Shown: in pieces, positions 24,042 through 36,920 of the stretch | Position numbering within the stretch: the first letter of the stretch is position 1 | Layout of the letters: each line of letters begins with the position of its first letter | Assembly (NCBI GenBank): GCA_965240325.2 | Contig: OZ251239.1 | Coordinates: forward strand, 558,001-622,000 | Length of the DNA stretch: 64,000 bases | Direction: 5' to 3' | Source of the DNA: Rebecca billardiae RCC1528 | Taxonomy: Eukaryota; Protista; Haptophyta | Made by a program: the position numbers and the translations under genes | Notes under the pieces: generated by a model | Told to the model about the DNA's origin: nothing | The model's input: only the letters and a program-made list of their open reading frames with translations | Database searches by the model: none

Positions 24042-24969
24042 CTGTCCGGGACGTCCAGCAGGGGTGCATTCAGACTCTCTGGGGGGGTCTGGGGGGGGCT
24101 CCCCCCAGCCGATCGAAGGACCAAATACGCCTCAATAAGGCCCCAACTCGCCAGAATTCGCATAGCAGACCGTGTTCGCCGTGGTGTTGGCTGAGGGCTG
24201 CGTCGTGCGGCGTCGGCTCTGCGCCGGGCGGCCATGACGCATTGCACACAGCCCCAATATCGGCGCCTCCCTCGCGAGTCAAGACGTAGCGTAGTGCAGG
24301 ATCGAGCAACGCATTGACCGCTGCGGCGCACCGCGCAGGCCACGCCGCACCTTAGCACTCGCGAACAAGCTCTGAGCCAGCCAGCTGTGGCAGTCCTCTG
24401 AGGAGCTGCAGCCAAGCACGAGCTCGTGCGCATACCCGTGGCACCACGAGCTGACGGCGCGGCCCGGGGCGCGAGCAGCTAGAAGCCGACAAGCTCATGC
24501 GCACGCCCGCACCGCCGCGAGGTGTGGCCGCCGGCGCGAGCAGCTCAACGCGGAAAGCGCGCAGCTTGCTCGAGTCGACGAGCAGCTTCTCGCCCATCGG
24601 TGACTCTCAGTGCACGAAGGTGCACCCGGGGCGCGAGCGCGACAGGGTGCCGCGGCCAACCAGCGGATGCGCCCGGATCAAGGCCTCCAAGACGTCTCGT
24701 CTCCTCGCCCGCTCGGCGGCGCTCCATCGTGCGAGAGACCGGTCCGGGAGCCCAAAAAAAAGTTCAGCACGATGGAGTCCTCCGTGTTCGACTGTGACGA
24801 CGCGTTCAAGGACAAGGAAACATACGAAATCGTCTGCGGCTTCGGTTTTGAACCTGCGGCTTCGTCCGCCGCCCCGGACATCTTTCGATTGGTACCCTCA
24901 TCGCTCCCTGGCTCCCAGGGGTTCGTCTAAATGCACCCCCCCCATAGGGTCAGTGGACGTCCCTGACTG
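24042..24969. mobile_element. Putative MITE with imperfect terminal inverted repeats
   Basis: GGGGTGCATTCAGAC (24061-75) pairs with GTCTAAATGCACCCC (24925-39), 1 mismatch. CTGTCCGGGACGTCCA (24042-57) pairs with TGGACGTCCCTGACTG (24954-69), 2 mismatches. Confidence 0.5.
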
Positions 24970-25030
24970 TCGGGCTGGAGCCGCGCGCGCTCATATATAT
25001 GTACTTAGAGTGAGACTGCTAGAGCCGTCC

Positions 25031-25290
25031 GGAGAGAGAGAGAGAGATGAGAAAGAGAGAGCAGAGAGAGAGAGAGAGAGATGTATGTACTATATATATA
25101 TAAAAATATATAATATAATGATGATAACGATGCGCATCAGCGCCGCAGCCGCAGACTGACTCTGTCTCTTAAGGCACTGCTGACCTGCCTGAGACCGCCT
25201 CATGGCCGTACGGAGAGAGAGAGAGAGTCAGAGTAGAGAGAGCAGAGAGAGAGCTGAGAGAGCCATCAGAGATAAGAGATGAGAGAGAGT
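25031..25290. repeat. (GA)n and (TA)n microsatellite tracts
   Basis: GAGAGA runs at 25031-25080 and 25212-25290; TA run at ~25090-25115. Confidence 0.85.
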
Positions 25291-25298
25291 CGTCATCA

Positions 25299-26843
25299 CT
25301 ACCACGGCTCCATCCGCATCGTCAGTGATGCCAGCGGCGGCAGCTGTGCGAGGCGCGCGGGCGTGCAGAGCCCCGTGTCCAAGTCCACCGCCGTCACCGG
25401 GCCCGGCGGCGGCGGCTCCGAGCCTCGTGCCGGCACTCGGGCAAACCCCAGCCCAAGCGCGGGTGAGTACTGTCCGCACGTGTGCACGCCGCCGTCCGCC
25501 GTGACGAAGAGCGCGTGGGCGCCGCCCACCGAGCACTCGACGACGCGCTCGCGCCGCAGCGCGTCCACCCGCGTCGGCGCGGGCACGTTGTGCCGCGCCA
25601 GCCCGAGGCCGAGCTGGCCGTCGTGGTTGGAGCCGAACGTGTGCACGCTGCCGTCTACGCCCAGCACCGCCGCCGAGCCCGGGCATGCACTCGTGCGCAC
25701 GGCATGCACGCCGGCCTGCCCCAGCGCGTTGAGCCGCGTTGGCACGGGGTGCCAGCCTCGACGCCCGCCGTCGAGTGAGCCGGTGATGTGCACGCCGCCC
25801 CCTGCGTCCACCACCAGGCTGCACTGCGCGCCCGCACACACGTGACGGACACGCACGCCTGCGAGCGCCTCGATGCGCCTAGGCGTGCTCTGCTGCTCAC
25901 AGTAGACGTGGCCACGCTGGCCGAAGCCAGCTTCGCCACACGCGTAGACCACGCCACTCGCCGTGAGGAAGAGCGTGTGCGCCCTTCCCGCCGACGCGCC
26001 GCCCACGCGCACGCCGTCCAGCGCCTCGATGCGCGTCGGCTCCGGGCGGCGCGCCGTGTCGCCGTGGCCGAGCTGGCCGTGGTGGTTGCGGCCCCAGCTG
26101 TACGCGCAGCCAGCGGCGGTGATGGCCAGGCTGTGGTGGGCGCAAGGCCCAGCGGCGATGCCCACGACCAGCTCGCCGTCGCACGCACGGCACGGCGCGA
26201 ACACCCACCGCGTGTCGAAGCCGCCAACCCCCAGCTGGCCATGCGAGTTGTCGCCGCAGCCGTACACGGCGCCAGCCTCGCTCAGCGCGAGCAGGTGGGT
26301 GAGGCCTGCGGCCACGGCGCTGACGCGCACGCTCGAGAGCGAGGCGACGCGCGTGGGCACGTATTGGACGCGCCGTTCCGTGAACATCCCGTGGCCCACC
26401 GCCGGCAGCGGCCACGGCCAGCGCGCAGACGGATGCCGGTGGCTCGTCTCAACTCGCATGCAAGCGCCACACGTGTGCACGCCGCCGGCGTGATCGACAA
26501 ACGCGCTGAACTCGCCGGCGTCGTCACCGGCGGTGACGGCGGCGGAGGCGTGCAGGCGTGCGAGCACGTACACGCGCTCGCGCGCGAACAGCTCCTCGAC
26601 CCATGTGCACGCGCGCGCGGGCAGCTGGGGCGGCAGCGCGAGTGTGTGCCCACGCGCCTGCACGCGAGCGCGCAGTGCGCTCTCGATGGCGGAGCGGCGG
26701 CCAGGCGGCGCGACGCGGAAGACGCGCGAGGCCGCGTTGGCGGCGGCAAGATCGCGCACATCCTGCGCCAGCTGCGCGACGATCCGCTCGATTACGTCCG
26801 GCGGCAGGTCGCGCAGAAGCAGCGGTCGTCGTCGGGCAGCCAT
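25299..26843 (-). CDS. F-box + RCC1-repeat protein
   Basis: N-terminal LRDLPPDVIERIV F-box. Repeated VAAGLTHLLAL..YGCGDNSHGQLG, YSWGRNHHGQLGHGD and TFGSNHDGQLGLG. Confidence 0.9.
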   Translation of the reverse strand: MAARRRPLLLRDLPPDVIERIVAQLAQDVRDLAAANAASRVFRVAPPGRRSAIESALRARVQARGHTLALPPQLPARACTWVEELFARERVYVLARLHASAAVTAGDDAGEFSAFVDHAGGVHTCGACMRVETSHRHPSARWPWPLPAVGHGMFTERRVQYVPTRVASLSSVRVSAVAAGLTHLLALSEAGAVYGCGDNSHGQLGVGGFDTRWVFAPCRACDGELVVGIAAGPCAHHSLAITAAGCAYSWGRNHHGQLGHGDTARRPEPTRIEALDGVRVGGASAGRAHTLFLTASGVVYACGEAGFGQRGHVYCEQQSTPRRIEALAGVRVRHVCAGAQCSLVVDAGGGVHITGSLDGGRRGWHPVPTRLNALGQAGVHAVRTSACPGSAAVLGVDGSVHTFGSNHDGQLGLGLARHNVPAPTRVDALRRERVVECSVGGAHALFVTADGGVHTCGQYSPALGLGFARVPARGSEPPPPGPVTAVDLDTGLCTPARLAQLPPLASLTMRMEPW

Positions 26844-28139
26844 CGAAAGGGGTCCAGATGAAGTTTCATATTATTTTAGTTTCCCACTTCGGAAAGGAAG
26901 CCATGGCGGGATCCAAGGCCCCAGCGCCACGGCCGGGTCACCGGGGCGTGGCGTAGGCAGGTTGGTGCGGTCGTACGAGCGCATGGGCATGAGTGACAGC
27001 TTCCTTTCCGACTTTTCGACCACTCTCACGTCCATGTCCACGTCCTCGTGCGACCGGCGCGCGTGAGGCTGCGCATGGGAAAATGGGCTGAGTAGGGACC
27101 AGGATCACCGTTCTGACGGCCATGCCGACCTCTTTGCTATGCCTTGCGACGGTGCAGACCAGTCAATGTTCCGTCTGACCCAACACAAGGTGAGTCTGAT
27201 GATCAATGTTGACTGCGCGGTAGTCGTGCGACCGCCATCCGACACGGCTGCCGTGCGTGCGTGAATACGTGTGCAGCTTATTGTGCACGCCTGTCAACAG
27301 ACAACAGCGAGGCGATCATCGACCGACATGGCTAGCGAGCTGATCAGGACTAAAACCAACCTTGTCTGGGACTACGCCACGCCATTTGGCGACCTCGCCG
27401 CTGCTCAATGCCCGTCCAGAGGCACGGACGTGCCCGCACTACCTGGCCAGCCAGCGCCCGTGAATTATTTCAATTATAAGTGGGGCCCACTACCACCTGG
27501 CAGACCCCCCTGTAGTCGTCGATATCGATGACGACCGCCATCAGTGAGGCGGCACAGTGATTCTACAGCAGCCTAGCTACAGTAGTCAGCTGTACTACTG
27601 TCGTCAGCTCAGAATCAGACATCAGCAGTCGTTCGGATATGCCGTACTCATACCGTGCCATTGGCTCCGGTTGCGACGACGACGCCGGATGAGAACCGCT
27701 GAAATAACGACGGCAGCACTCAGCAGCCTGCTATCTATCACGTGGGTCGTGATGCGGCAATATCGTCGGCGGACGAAGGCTAGCACTCTAGCAGCTATAT
27801 CGCGTCAGCAGACTGATGAGAATCACCCGGACTGACGACAACTATAGTATATATATATATATAGTGATCATCACGCGTCGGTTACACCGAGTAACTATTA
27901 TATTACTAGTTACCGACCGAGAGTAGGACCGAGTCCGACTCTGACAGTGTCAGTAGCATTCAGCCAGTCTCGAGGACGAGGTCGGTCCCGGATTAGGCTC
28001 AGACTCAGAGTCAGTGACTGTGCAGGGCTTCAAACGCTAGCTGCTAATATACCAGACGAGACGATGATCGTCCGCCTGGCAACTCCATTATTATTATTGA
28101 ACCAGCACGTTGGCAACAGACAGCTCAGTATCATAGTCA

Positions 28140-29141
28140 TCAGCTCACGACCGACGAGGCTGACGCCGCCGCGGCACCGCGACCGCTGCCACTCTGAGAC
28201 TGACTGCCTCTTGACATCGCCTGCGCCCGCGGGGCAGCGCCCGCGGCGTCCGGCGGTTGCGAGCTGGTGCTGGCCGCGGCGTCCCTCATCCGCTTCAGCA
28301 GGGCTAGCACCGTCACTGCCCGGAACTCACCGTGCCCCTCTCCTGGCACGACCGTGAGCTCGGCCGCGCTGAGATTGGTGGCGTGCCATCGCGCGCAGTT
28401 GATGTCGGTCGTGTCGTCGAGCGCGCCATGGATGATGTGCACGGGGCAGCGCACGGCGTCGTGCGAGAAGTCAAGCGGCTTGACCTCCACGTGGATGTCC
28501 GCCACCGCCCCCTGCGGGCAGCACCCCGCGCAGCACCCTGCGCAGCAGCACGGGCCGCACGCGCCGCCCGGCCGGCACTTTTCAAAACCGTCCACATACG
28601 TGATGGCACGTGGGTCCTCTGGCGGGACCGCGTTGGCGTGCCGGCCCTTTGGGAAGCCGGGCGCGTAGTTGGCGTCGGCTGAGACCAGCCCGACCGCGGA
28701 CACCCGGCCGGGCGCGCGCGCAGCGACCGCCAACGCGTTCATTCCGCCGGAGGAGACGCCGAGCGCCGCGAATGACGAGGCGCCCACTGCATCCATCACG
28801 TCGAGCGCGTCCGCGGCGAAAAGGCCGTACGCCCAGTCGCGCGGGTGGACGCCGTGCATCGTGCTAGCGCCGTACCCGGGGCGGTTGACGCAGACGATCT
28901 TCCATGGCAGCGCCTCGAGCTGCTCCGCCGTGAGCCGCGGCTTGGCCAGCGCTGGCAGGTGCCGCCACGACTCGCCCGGCGGGAGGCCGAAGAGCTGGAA
29001 GCCGTTCATCGCCATGCCCGAGCAGAACAGGAGCGCGGGGTCGTCCGCGCCCGCGCGGCCGACGACGCGGTACGTGATCGAGCGGCCGGAGGTGCATTTG
29101 ACCGTATGCGTCACACCCTTCGCGCTCATGTCGGTGGCCAT
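28140..29141 (-). CDS. Alpha/beta-fold hydrolase
   Basis: VNRPGYGAS, nucleophile elbow GVSSGG, IIHGALDD (Asp), VPGEGH (His). Confidence 0.85.
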   Translation of the reverse strand: MATDMSAKGVTHTVKCTSGRSITYRVVGRAGADDPALLFCSGMAMNGFQLFGLPPGESWRHLPALAKPRLTAEQLEALPWKIVCVNRPGYGASTMHGVHPRDWAYGLFAADALDVMDAVGASSFAALGVSSGGMNALAVAARAPGRVSAVGLVSADANYAPGFPKGRHANAVPPEDPRAITYVDGFEKCRPGGACGPCCCAGCCAGCCPQGAVADIHVEVKPLDFSHDAVRCPVHIIHGALDDTTDINCARWHATNLSAAELTVVPGEGHGEFRAVTVLALLKRMRDAAASTSSQPPDAAGAAPRAQAMSRGSQSQSGSGRGAAAASASSVVS

Positions 29142-29400
29142 GGCTCCGGGCCGAGCGACTTAGAAGAGTACTACTGGTAGCGAAACGCCGCCGCGAAACA
29201 ATCGCGCGTTTTCAGTTTCCGCAGCAAAAAGTTTTACGCGCGCTTCTGCGCTTCTGTAACGGGATTTCAGGTTCGTCGCGGAAAAGCCCAGGCCGCAACT
29301 CATGAACGAACGCGCGCACGGCCGCGCCACCGCACTTCGCGGACGGTGGGTGACCTTTCGCTGACGCGCATCCGCCGCCAGCCGCTCGCCGTACTCCGAG

Positions 29401-30766
29401 ATGCTTGCCGCCGCCGTCTTCGCTGCGGCCGTGCTCGGGGCGCCGGTTGTGCCGGGCCCGTCGCTGGTCACGCCATCGCGCCACGAGACGGAGGTTTGGA
29501 CCGCTGAGCAGGAGGCTGCAGCCGGTGTCGTGCGCTCGTCGGCAGCGCGGGCGCCGCCCGCGCGCACCTACCGCTCAGAGGTGTGGACGCGCGAGGAGGA
29601 GGCGGCCGTTGGGATCGTGCGCGAGCGTGCGGTGAGCCCGAAGCCCGCCGACACGCTGGGCGCTGTCGAGCTGCCGAGGGCCTTCACCTGGTGCAACAAG
29701 GACGGCGTCAACTACTGCACAATGTCGAGTGCGCGCGTGCGGCGAGGGGGGACGTGCGCGCGTGCGCGCGGCGTGCGCCGGGGCTGACGCGCGCGCGACC
29801 GCGGCCGGCACGCCCGACCTCGCCGCGCGTGCCGCCGCCGCAGGGAACCAGCACCTCCCCCAGTACTGCGGCTCGTGCTGGGCGCACGGCGCCGTGTCCG
29901 CGCTCGCGGACCGCATCAAGATTGCGCGCGGCGCGAAGGGCATCGACATCAACCTGAGCGTGCAGCACATCCTGAACTGCGCGGGCGTGGGCTCGTGCCA
30001 CGGCGGCTCGATCGCCGGCGTGTACTCCTGGCTCTACGACATCTCCACCACCACCGGCACTGGGCTCTCTTACGAGACGTCGAACCCGTACCTGGCGTGC
30101 TCGGCCGAGTCGACCGAAGGGCTGTGCCGGGCGGCGGACTGGTCGTGCTCCGCGGAGAACGTGGCGCGCACGTGCGACACGTTCTCGTCGTCGGGCGGCA
30201 AGTGCGTCGCCATCGCCAAGTACCCCAACGCCACCATCTCCGAGTACGGCGAGGTACGCGGCGCGCACGAGATGCGCGCCGAGATCTACGCGCGCGGCCC
30301 GATCTCGTGCGGCATCGACGCGGAGCCGATCCTCGGGTACAGCGGCGGCGTGTCCGCGCTCAAGGGCGGCGGCGTGAACCACGTGGTCTCCGTGGTCGGC
30401 TGGGGCGAGGAGGAAGGCCAGCCGTACTGGATCGTGCGCAACAGTGCGCGCGCGCGCGCGTGCGAGCGGGCGCCTGCGCGCCGGCGCCGCGCGCCAGCCT
30501 GCCCGGCGGCCGAGCACCGCTTGCCGCGCCTCCGCGCTGCCACGCTGAGCGCTTCGTCCGCGGCGCGCGCTCGCGCCCGGCGCGCAGGCTGGGGCGAGTA
30601 CTGGGGCGAGATGGGCTACATCCGCGTCGCCATGGGCTCGAACGCGCTCAACCTCGAGGAGGAGTGCTCGTGGGCAGTGGTGAAGGGCTTCACCGCGCCT
30701 GAGATGGGCATGAACTACCCGTGCGACGAGGGCGGCGACAACTGCCTCGTCAAGGCCAAGGGATGA
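29401..30766 (+). CDS. CTSZ: Cathepsin Z/X (papain family C1A); 3 exons (introns 29729-29843, 30444-30587)
   Basis: Signal peptide; spliced [69 protein letters not shown]. Confidence 0.93.
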
Positions 30767-31415
30767 GTGGGTCGCTGGCGCGCTGCTGCTGCAGCCGAGA
30801 GGTCTGCAGCGCATGCGCGCACCTGACGATTCCCGCCGCGCAGAGCAGCAGCCGAGTTCTCCGCCGAGCCGGGCGACACGCGCCCAATAAGACCACGCTA
30901 ACAACGTTACGCGGTTACGTGATAACTATTTAACTACTTTTAAAACGAGTACGGCAGCTCCGTGAGGCGTGACATGAATTGATGAAAGCCACGACGCTCG
31001 GCCCGGGGCCCCGTCACAGACACCGAGGCCCAGGGCCAGGCGACTGACGCCACCGTCAGAGTCCGAGTCAGAGTGGCGCGGGCGGGGCCCCGCGGCGTCA
31101 GACCGACCGGGCTCCGCGCGCACTGGCACCGCCAGTCTGAGTCACAGTGAGTGTGACCGAGTCGGAGTCGGACCCGAGGCTCACTGACACTGACCACCCG
31201 CCCGACCCGGGTGAACATCAGCAGTATATAAATATATATATATAGTCAGTATCTTTGAATAAGATCCTGACGAGTGCTCTTGCCCTTGGTTCATTCGGAG
31301 TCTTGGTTCACTCTCAGTGACTCATCACTCATGTCTCGCATCGGCTCTGATCGTATACAGCGGTACTGCGGTAGCCGCTACTCGGTTTAAGCTAGTCAGA
31401 TTAATAATAATATAA

Positions 31416-32795
31416 GGGTCGATTTTTTTGGCTTCGGCGCACGGAGCGCCGATCTCGTCAACGAGCGGCCATCGTGAAAGCGCGCGAAAGTTGCGTTTGC
31501 GGGGGCTCGCGCCTGCCGGGGTCGTGCGACGCGGGCGAAGGGCGCGCGGCCCCTCGCGCTGGTCGGCGGTGACGAGGACACCCAGGTGCGCCATCTCGCG
31601 CGCCGCCACGCCCCTCTCCGCGTCTGCCTCGCGCACACGCAGCGATTGCATTTGGATGTTGCATTCTTGCGCATGCTTGCGCGCCACGTTGCGGGACGAG
31701 AAAAAGCGTCATGCGGTTAGGTTTGGCAGTTTGAGATGGTTCAGATGATGTTGTGACAGGAACTGGAAGACCTAACCGCATGACGCCCTTCCTGCGCGCG
31801 CTACACGCATCACGTGCTCTCCGCGCAGGTGAGCTTGAAAATTTGAAGCTGCTGCTCCTCTGCGAGGCCATCGAGGCGAGCGGCGGCTAGCATGACGCAG
31901 CGCTCTCCCCAGCTGCCACGGCCAGCCACCTGCACCCGGCTGTGCTCGCACTCGCCTTGAGTGTGTGCACGGTTGACACGTCGACGGTGCTCGGCGGTGT
32001 GTTTTTGACTGCTGGTTGGTACGCACGCATCATGGGCCCACAGTGGAGTTGGGGTGCGTGCCGTGGCTGTGGCGCGCACGCGATCGACCCATACTACACA
32101 CGCACAGCGCAGCTCGGCATCGTTACGGGCTTCAAACGTCGGCCAGAGCTTGTTTGCTATCCGCGTGCTGCGATCGTCGGCTCCGAGCAATCCACGAGGA
32201 TGACAACAGGCGGTGCGTGCGCTGTTTGAAGGCGTTGGGCGCGGCGTCTGCTGGCTGTGCAGTCGCGCCTGGGTACGGCTCGCATGCTACGCAGCGGCGG
32301 ATACCAGTCTGATGTGGTTTGACGCACGGGCAGTCATCTGCTTTGCTCTGCACGCGTGGCCGGCTGATCATCCTTTCGCAACGCGTGTCTGCGCGTGCGG
32401 TGACTGCTCCCAGATGGGCTCGACGCGAGGCAAACGCGTGCGAGACTCATCGATACGGAGCTCCCCTCCAGGCAAGCGAGCGTTTGAGCGCGCTCACCTC
32501 ACTCATGCCTACCCACGCGCATGTTTGCGCGGCCCACTGGTTCGAATGATGCGACGAGGTCGGTGCGGCGTGCTCGTGGGCAGGAGTGCGCGCTCAGTCG
32601 ACGGTCAAGACGCGCGCCACGAGGAGCAGTCATGTGCCCAAGGTCGCTCGACCAGCGCGCGACCAACGGCACCCGCGTAGGGCAGCGCAGGAGCTCGCGT
32701 TTGACACAGTGGAGCGCCACTGGGGCGGACGGGCGCCATGGGCGCCCATCGGCGCTACCAGCCCTCCCGTGCGCCGAAGCCAAAAAAATCGACCC
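31416..32795. mobile_element. Non-autonomous TIR element, 29-bp perfect TIRs, 4-bp target duplication (ATAA)
   Basis: GGGTCGATTTTTTTGGCTTCGGCGCACGG (31416-31444) is the exact reverse complement of 32767-32795. ATAA lies immediately outside both ends. No intact ORF inside. Confidence 0.88.
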
Positions 32796-34404
32796 ATAAT
32801 AACTCTCTCTCTCTAGCTCTATATATATATAGTATACGGTAACCAATGCAAGCCGATCCGACGGACTGATCAGTTTATTGGTAACGCCACTCTGAGAGTG
32901 AGTGGCGCGCAAACCGCGTGCAGACGGCACGCGCGCTGCGCAACGCGGGCCAACGCCTGGCAAGCCAGCCGGCCTGGACGAATCGGCCGTGCCGACCGCG
33001 CGTCACGCCGCTCACGCGGCAGGCCGGCAGCGACACACGCCCACGGTCGCTGACGGTCGGCGTGAGTGGCGGCCCCGCTGCTCTGTTCGGACATGCTCTG
33101 TGTGCCTGAATAGTCCCCCTCGGGGCACGATGGCTGCCGGCAGTTGAGGCAAAAGCCTTGCCGCAAGGCTTTTGGAGTTTCAGGTTCGTGATGGCGACCC
33201 GCTGGCGCTGTGTGCCAGTGCGGTTCGACGCTCAAGGGCCGAGGTATGGGAGGCATGAGAGTGCGGGCACGGCAGGGCGCGGGGGTTTGGTGGTCGTAGA
33301 TGACTCTTCTTCAGGAGTTGGCATCGCTGGGCGACTCGTATCCATCTCTCTCCAGCTCCTCTTGTCCCTGCTTCCGCATGGCCTGTGATCGACGTGCACG
33401 CCGACCGTGCACGGGCAAAGGCAAGTGCATAACGCCGGGGGAGTCCGGAGTTGTGGGTGGTGGATGTTTGCGCATCTTTCATAGAATGCCGTCAGCGCTC
33501 GCAGCTCGCCTGTAGCTTCGCTCGCCGCTCCAGGGCCAGCGTCTCCGCTCCCGTGGTAGTATACCAGGCATGACGGTGATTGCTTTTTGAATTGGGATTT
33601 TTCTGCAGCTTCTGTCGTGTATGGCTCTGGAGCTCTTGGGGGTGTCTGCAAGGATCGGATGGGCTCGAGAGCTCGCGCACGCGCTGGCAGCCTCCCTCCG
33701 AAGGCTACGTGCACTGCTCACTTTCACCCATCCAGGAGCACAGGGTAAGAATCCGAGCAGGGAGCCGTGCGGGCAGGCGTCCGATCAAACGGATCACAGC
33801 AGCGGTCGCTTGCACATGCCAAGCGACAGTGGAGGTAGATTGCAGGCGCCAATGTGCATAGATACCTCATGCACGTGCATGACACACAACCCGTAACGCC
33901 ACACGCGCCGTCGCGCCCGTGGTGTCCGGGTGGGCGCTCCCTCGTTGTACGAGAGATGGCCCACGCTGGGAGCGATGGGCCGATGGGCAGCCATCTCGCA
34001 GAGTCGCGGCAAGGCTTTTGAGCCGGACTGGCGCCCCGACCCGAGGGGGACTATGGGCGTGGGGCTGCGCACGTGACTCAGACTACTCGAAGAGTCAGGG
34101 CGGCGGGGCGGGCCACCCGCCGGCCTGGCGGCCACTCGCATTTCGCCGTCATCATCGCCACAACAACCGCCTTCATAATCATAGCCAAGCGTCACCCATC
34201 TGGCCATCTCACACCAAGGGGGTTCAAATATCAATCACACCCAAAGAGATATTATTATCTGCTAGCAGATGAGCTTTTAGATAATGGAATTCAGGCTGAC
34301 GGCTGTCTTTGGCGGGCACCCGCGCGCGCCTGCGGCGCCCCTGCGCTGCGACTCGCCGGTGGCGGCCCTGCCGCGCCGACGGGGCTGAAAAACAGCACGC
34401 GACG

Positions 34405-36347
34405 ATGAGCAGCGCGGTGCCCCCTCAGCAGCCCGTCCAGGTGGAGGAGGAGAAGCCCAGCTTCGGCAGCAGGGTCAAGGCGGCCTGCTGCAAGCGCAAC
34501 CTCCCATGCTGCTGCATGTGGACGTGGAGCATTATCATCGCCCTCCTCGTGGGCCTCGTCACCTACCTCTTCGTCTTCCTCGGCGCGCAGGCGAACAACC
34601 CGCCGCCCATCGTCACCCGGGCCCCGGATGATGCCAAGCTCACATCCAAGGTGAACATAGAGCTCGGCTTTGGCAACACTGCTGGTCTGGACACGTTCCT
34701 GGACGAGATGGAAAACGAGGACTCGACCATGTACTCCGCCATGAAGGACGCATGTAACGGCCTGCTCGACTCGGCGCTCGAGGTCGACAAGTTCGAGGCC
34801 AAAAGCCAGCGCCGTCGATTGGCGGTGTCCGACGACGGGCGCGTTGATGTCGCCGTCGCGGTGACGCCGAAGGAGAACGCTGATGGTGGTGACGCCCTCA
34901 ACGAGCTCACCGGTGAGATCAACGGCGCCTCGTCCGAGCAGAACAATTGGAAGGAGACGGTGGCAGCTGCTGCAGAGAGCGCCCTGGCGGCAGCGTATGG
35001 TGTGAACGCCACCGTCACTGGTGAGGGCGTCGGGGCAGTCGTTGACAACATCTTCTTCTACTGCGTCCTCGAAGAACCCTTCGAGAACAAGGAGTGCGGC
35101 GGTGCCCTCAACACGGCGCTACGCCAATCTCAGGAAGTGGCTGATGCCATCAGGCAGGTATGCGCTCGTCGATGCGCGCTGTTGATGAGTGTTGCTGCTA
35201 CGGCCGGACGAGTGCGGACGACATGCGCTCATCAGCCGCCGCGTGCGCGCCTTTGCGTTGCACCATCCACAGTTCTCCGAGGACTGCTTCTTCCATCCGG
35301 ACTCCTTCCCCATCGCATACAGTGGGGTGCGTGCAGTGGGCTGAGGATTGATGTCATCATTGTGATGATGATGCTCACTCACTTACTTGCATGGATGGAT
35401 GGGCGGTGCTCGACGCACACGCTGCCCCCTCCCGCGCCCCATCGCCTCTTGCGCACTGCTTGCAATCGCGATCCCTCATCCCATGCATGCCCACGAATGC
35501 CACTGTGCCCTTCCCTCTCGCGTGGGCCACATGCCACCGTGCGCAGTGCCTGGACGAGGTCCTCATCAGTGCGACGTGTGATGCCAAAGTGGGCCAATAT
35601 GACTTCCTGTGTCGGCTTGAGGACGCGATGGACAAGGAGGTCGGCCGGCTTCGAGGCTTTGCCGAGCAGTACGGGCTCAACAACTGCGCAGCAAGTGGCA
35701 AGGTCACGTGCTGGACTGACCCGCTCATCTCCCAGACAAGCGGCACAAGCGGTGGCACGTCGTGCGACTACATTCTCAATCGGTGCAGGTCGTGCGGCAC
35801 CAAGACGGTCGGCAGTGATGACAAGATTGTGTGCAGGACCAGGCAGACTGGCGTGGAGAAGACTGACTTCTGCCCGTGGGCGTCGGGCAACGCCTGCTCT
35901 GGTGGTGAGGATCCAACCCCTACGATTTACCTCATCAACGAAGACGATTCATCTTCAGGCGGTCTGTTTGGTGACGAGCAGTCGGAGGAGGACAATGCCT
36001 ATGCGCTTGGCGTGGCGGTGGCTGCGGCCGGCGGCACTCTTGCTGTCGTCGCTGCTGGTTTCTCCATGTGCAGAGCAGGTGCAGAAGGGTCAGAGGGCAA
36101 TGGATGCATCAACACGGGCGCAGATCCTGGCGACGCTGGAACAACTGGAGGAATGAACGTCCTAGTGGAGAACGAGTTCGCTCGCACGGACGAAGGACGA
36201 GCGATCGCTCTTGGGGGCATACTGCTCGGTGCGGGCGCAGGTGCTGCAATTGGTGTCGGAGGCGCATCGGCAGGCGCCGCCGCCGGCGGAGCGGTGACGA
36301 AGAAGTTCGCTGTCAAGGGTGCTATCGCTGTCCCCAAGTATATTTGA
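34405..36347 (+). CDS. Membrane protein of unknown function (N-terminal transmembrane helix, RRRL motif, Cys-rich region, hydrophobic Gly/Ala C-terminus); intron 35158-35546
   Basis: ATG 34405; TM segment WSIIIALLVGLVTYLFVFLG; GT..AG intron joins DAIRQ-CLDEV in frame; coding-like codon usage to stop at 36347. Confidence 0.6.
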
Positions 36348-36920
36348 TTGACGACGTTTTACGTTTATTGACGACGATTGACTGCATCATGGCCGTCCTG
36401 ATCCTCAACACTAGTCGCCAAATTCCCGATCTTACGCCGCGACGGCGCTAAATTTCACCGCGTGCTGCCTTTCGTCACGGAGTCATCCGCGGAACTGGTT
36501 TGCGGTCCGATCGTACTCCAGATTCCGTCCAGGACCGTACGACGTCGTACTCATCATCATCATCATCGTACAGCATATCATCATTATTCAGCGGGCCACC
36601 GAGTTTACAACTCATCAGCATAAGGCATTCAGGCTCTGCAGTAGTACGGTCATTCATCACTCCGTGGCACATCAGTATACGCCTCGTAGACGCGTAGTCG
36701 TAGACAGTAGTCTGATGACAGTACGGCCTGTCGCCGCACCCGCACGTGAACTCGCCGGTCCGGCAAGGCCAAGTGGCCGACGCGCCGGACCGCCGGTCCG
36801 CGGTCGGCGGCCCTCGTAGTCGGCGGCCGACGACGACGCGACTTCTATATCATATCAGCAACATGCATCATCGTCATAACCCACGTGCGAGATCTATACT
36901 ACATTGGAACATATCGATCG

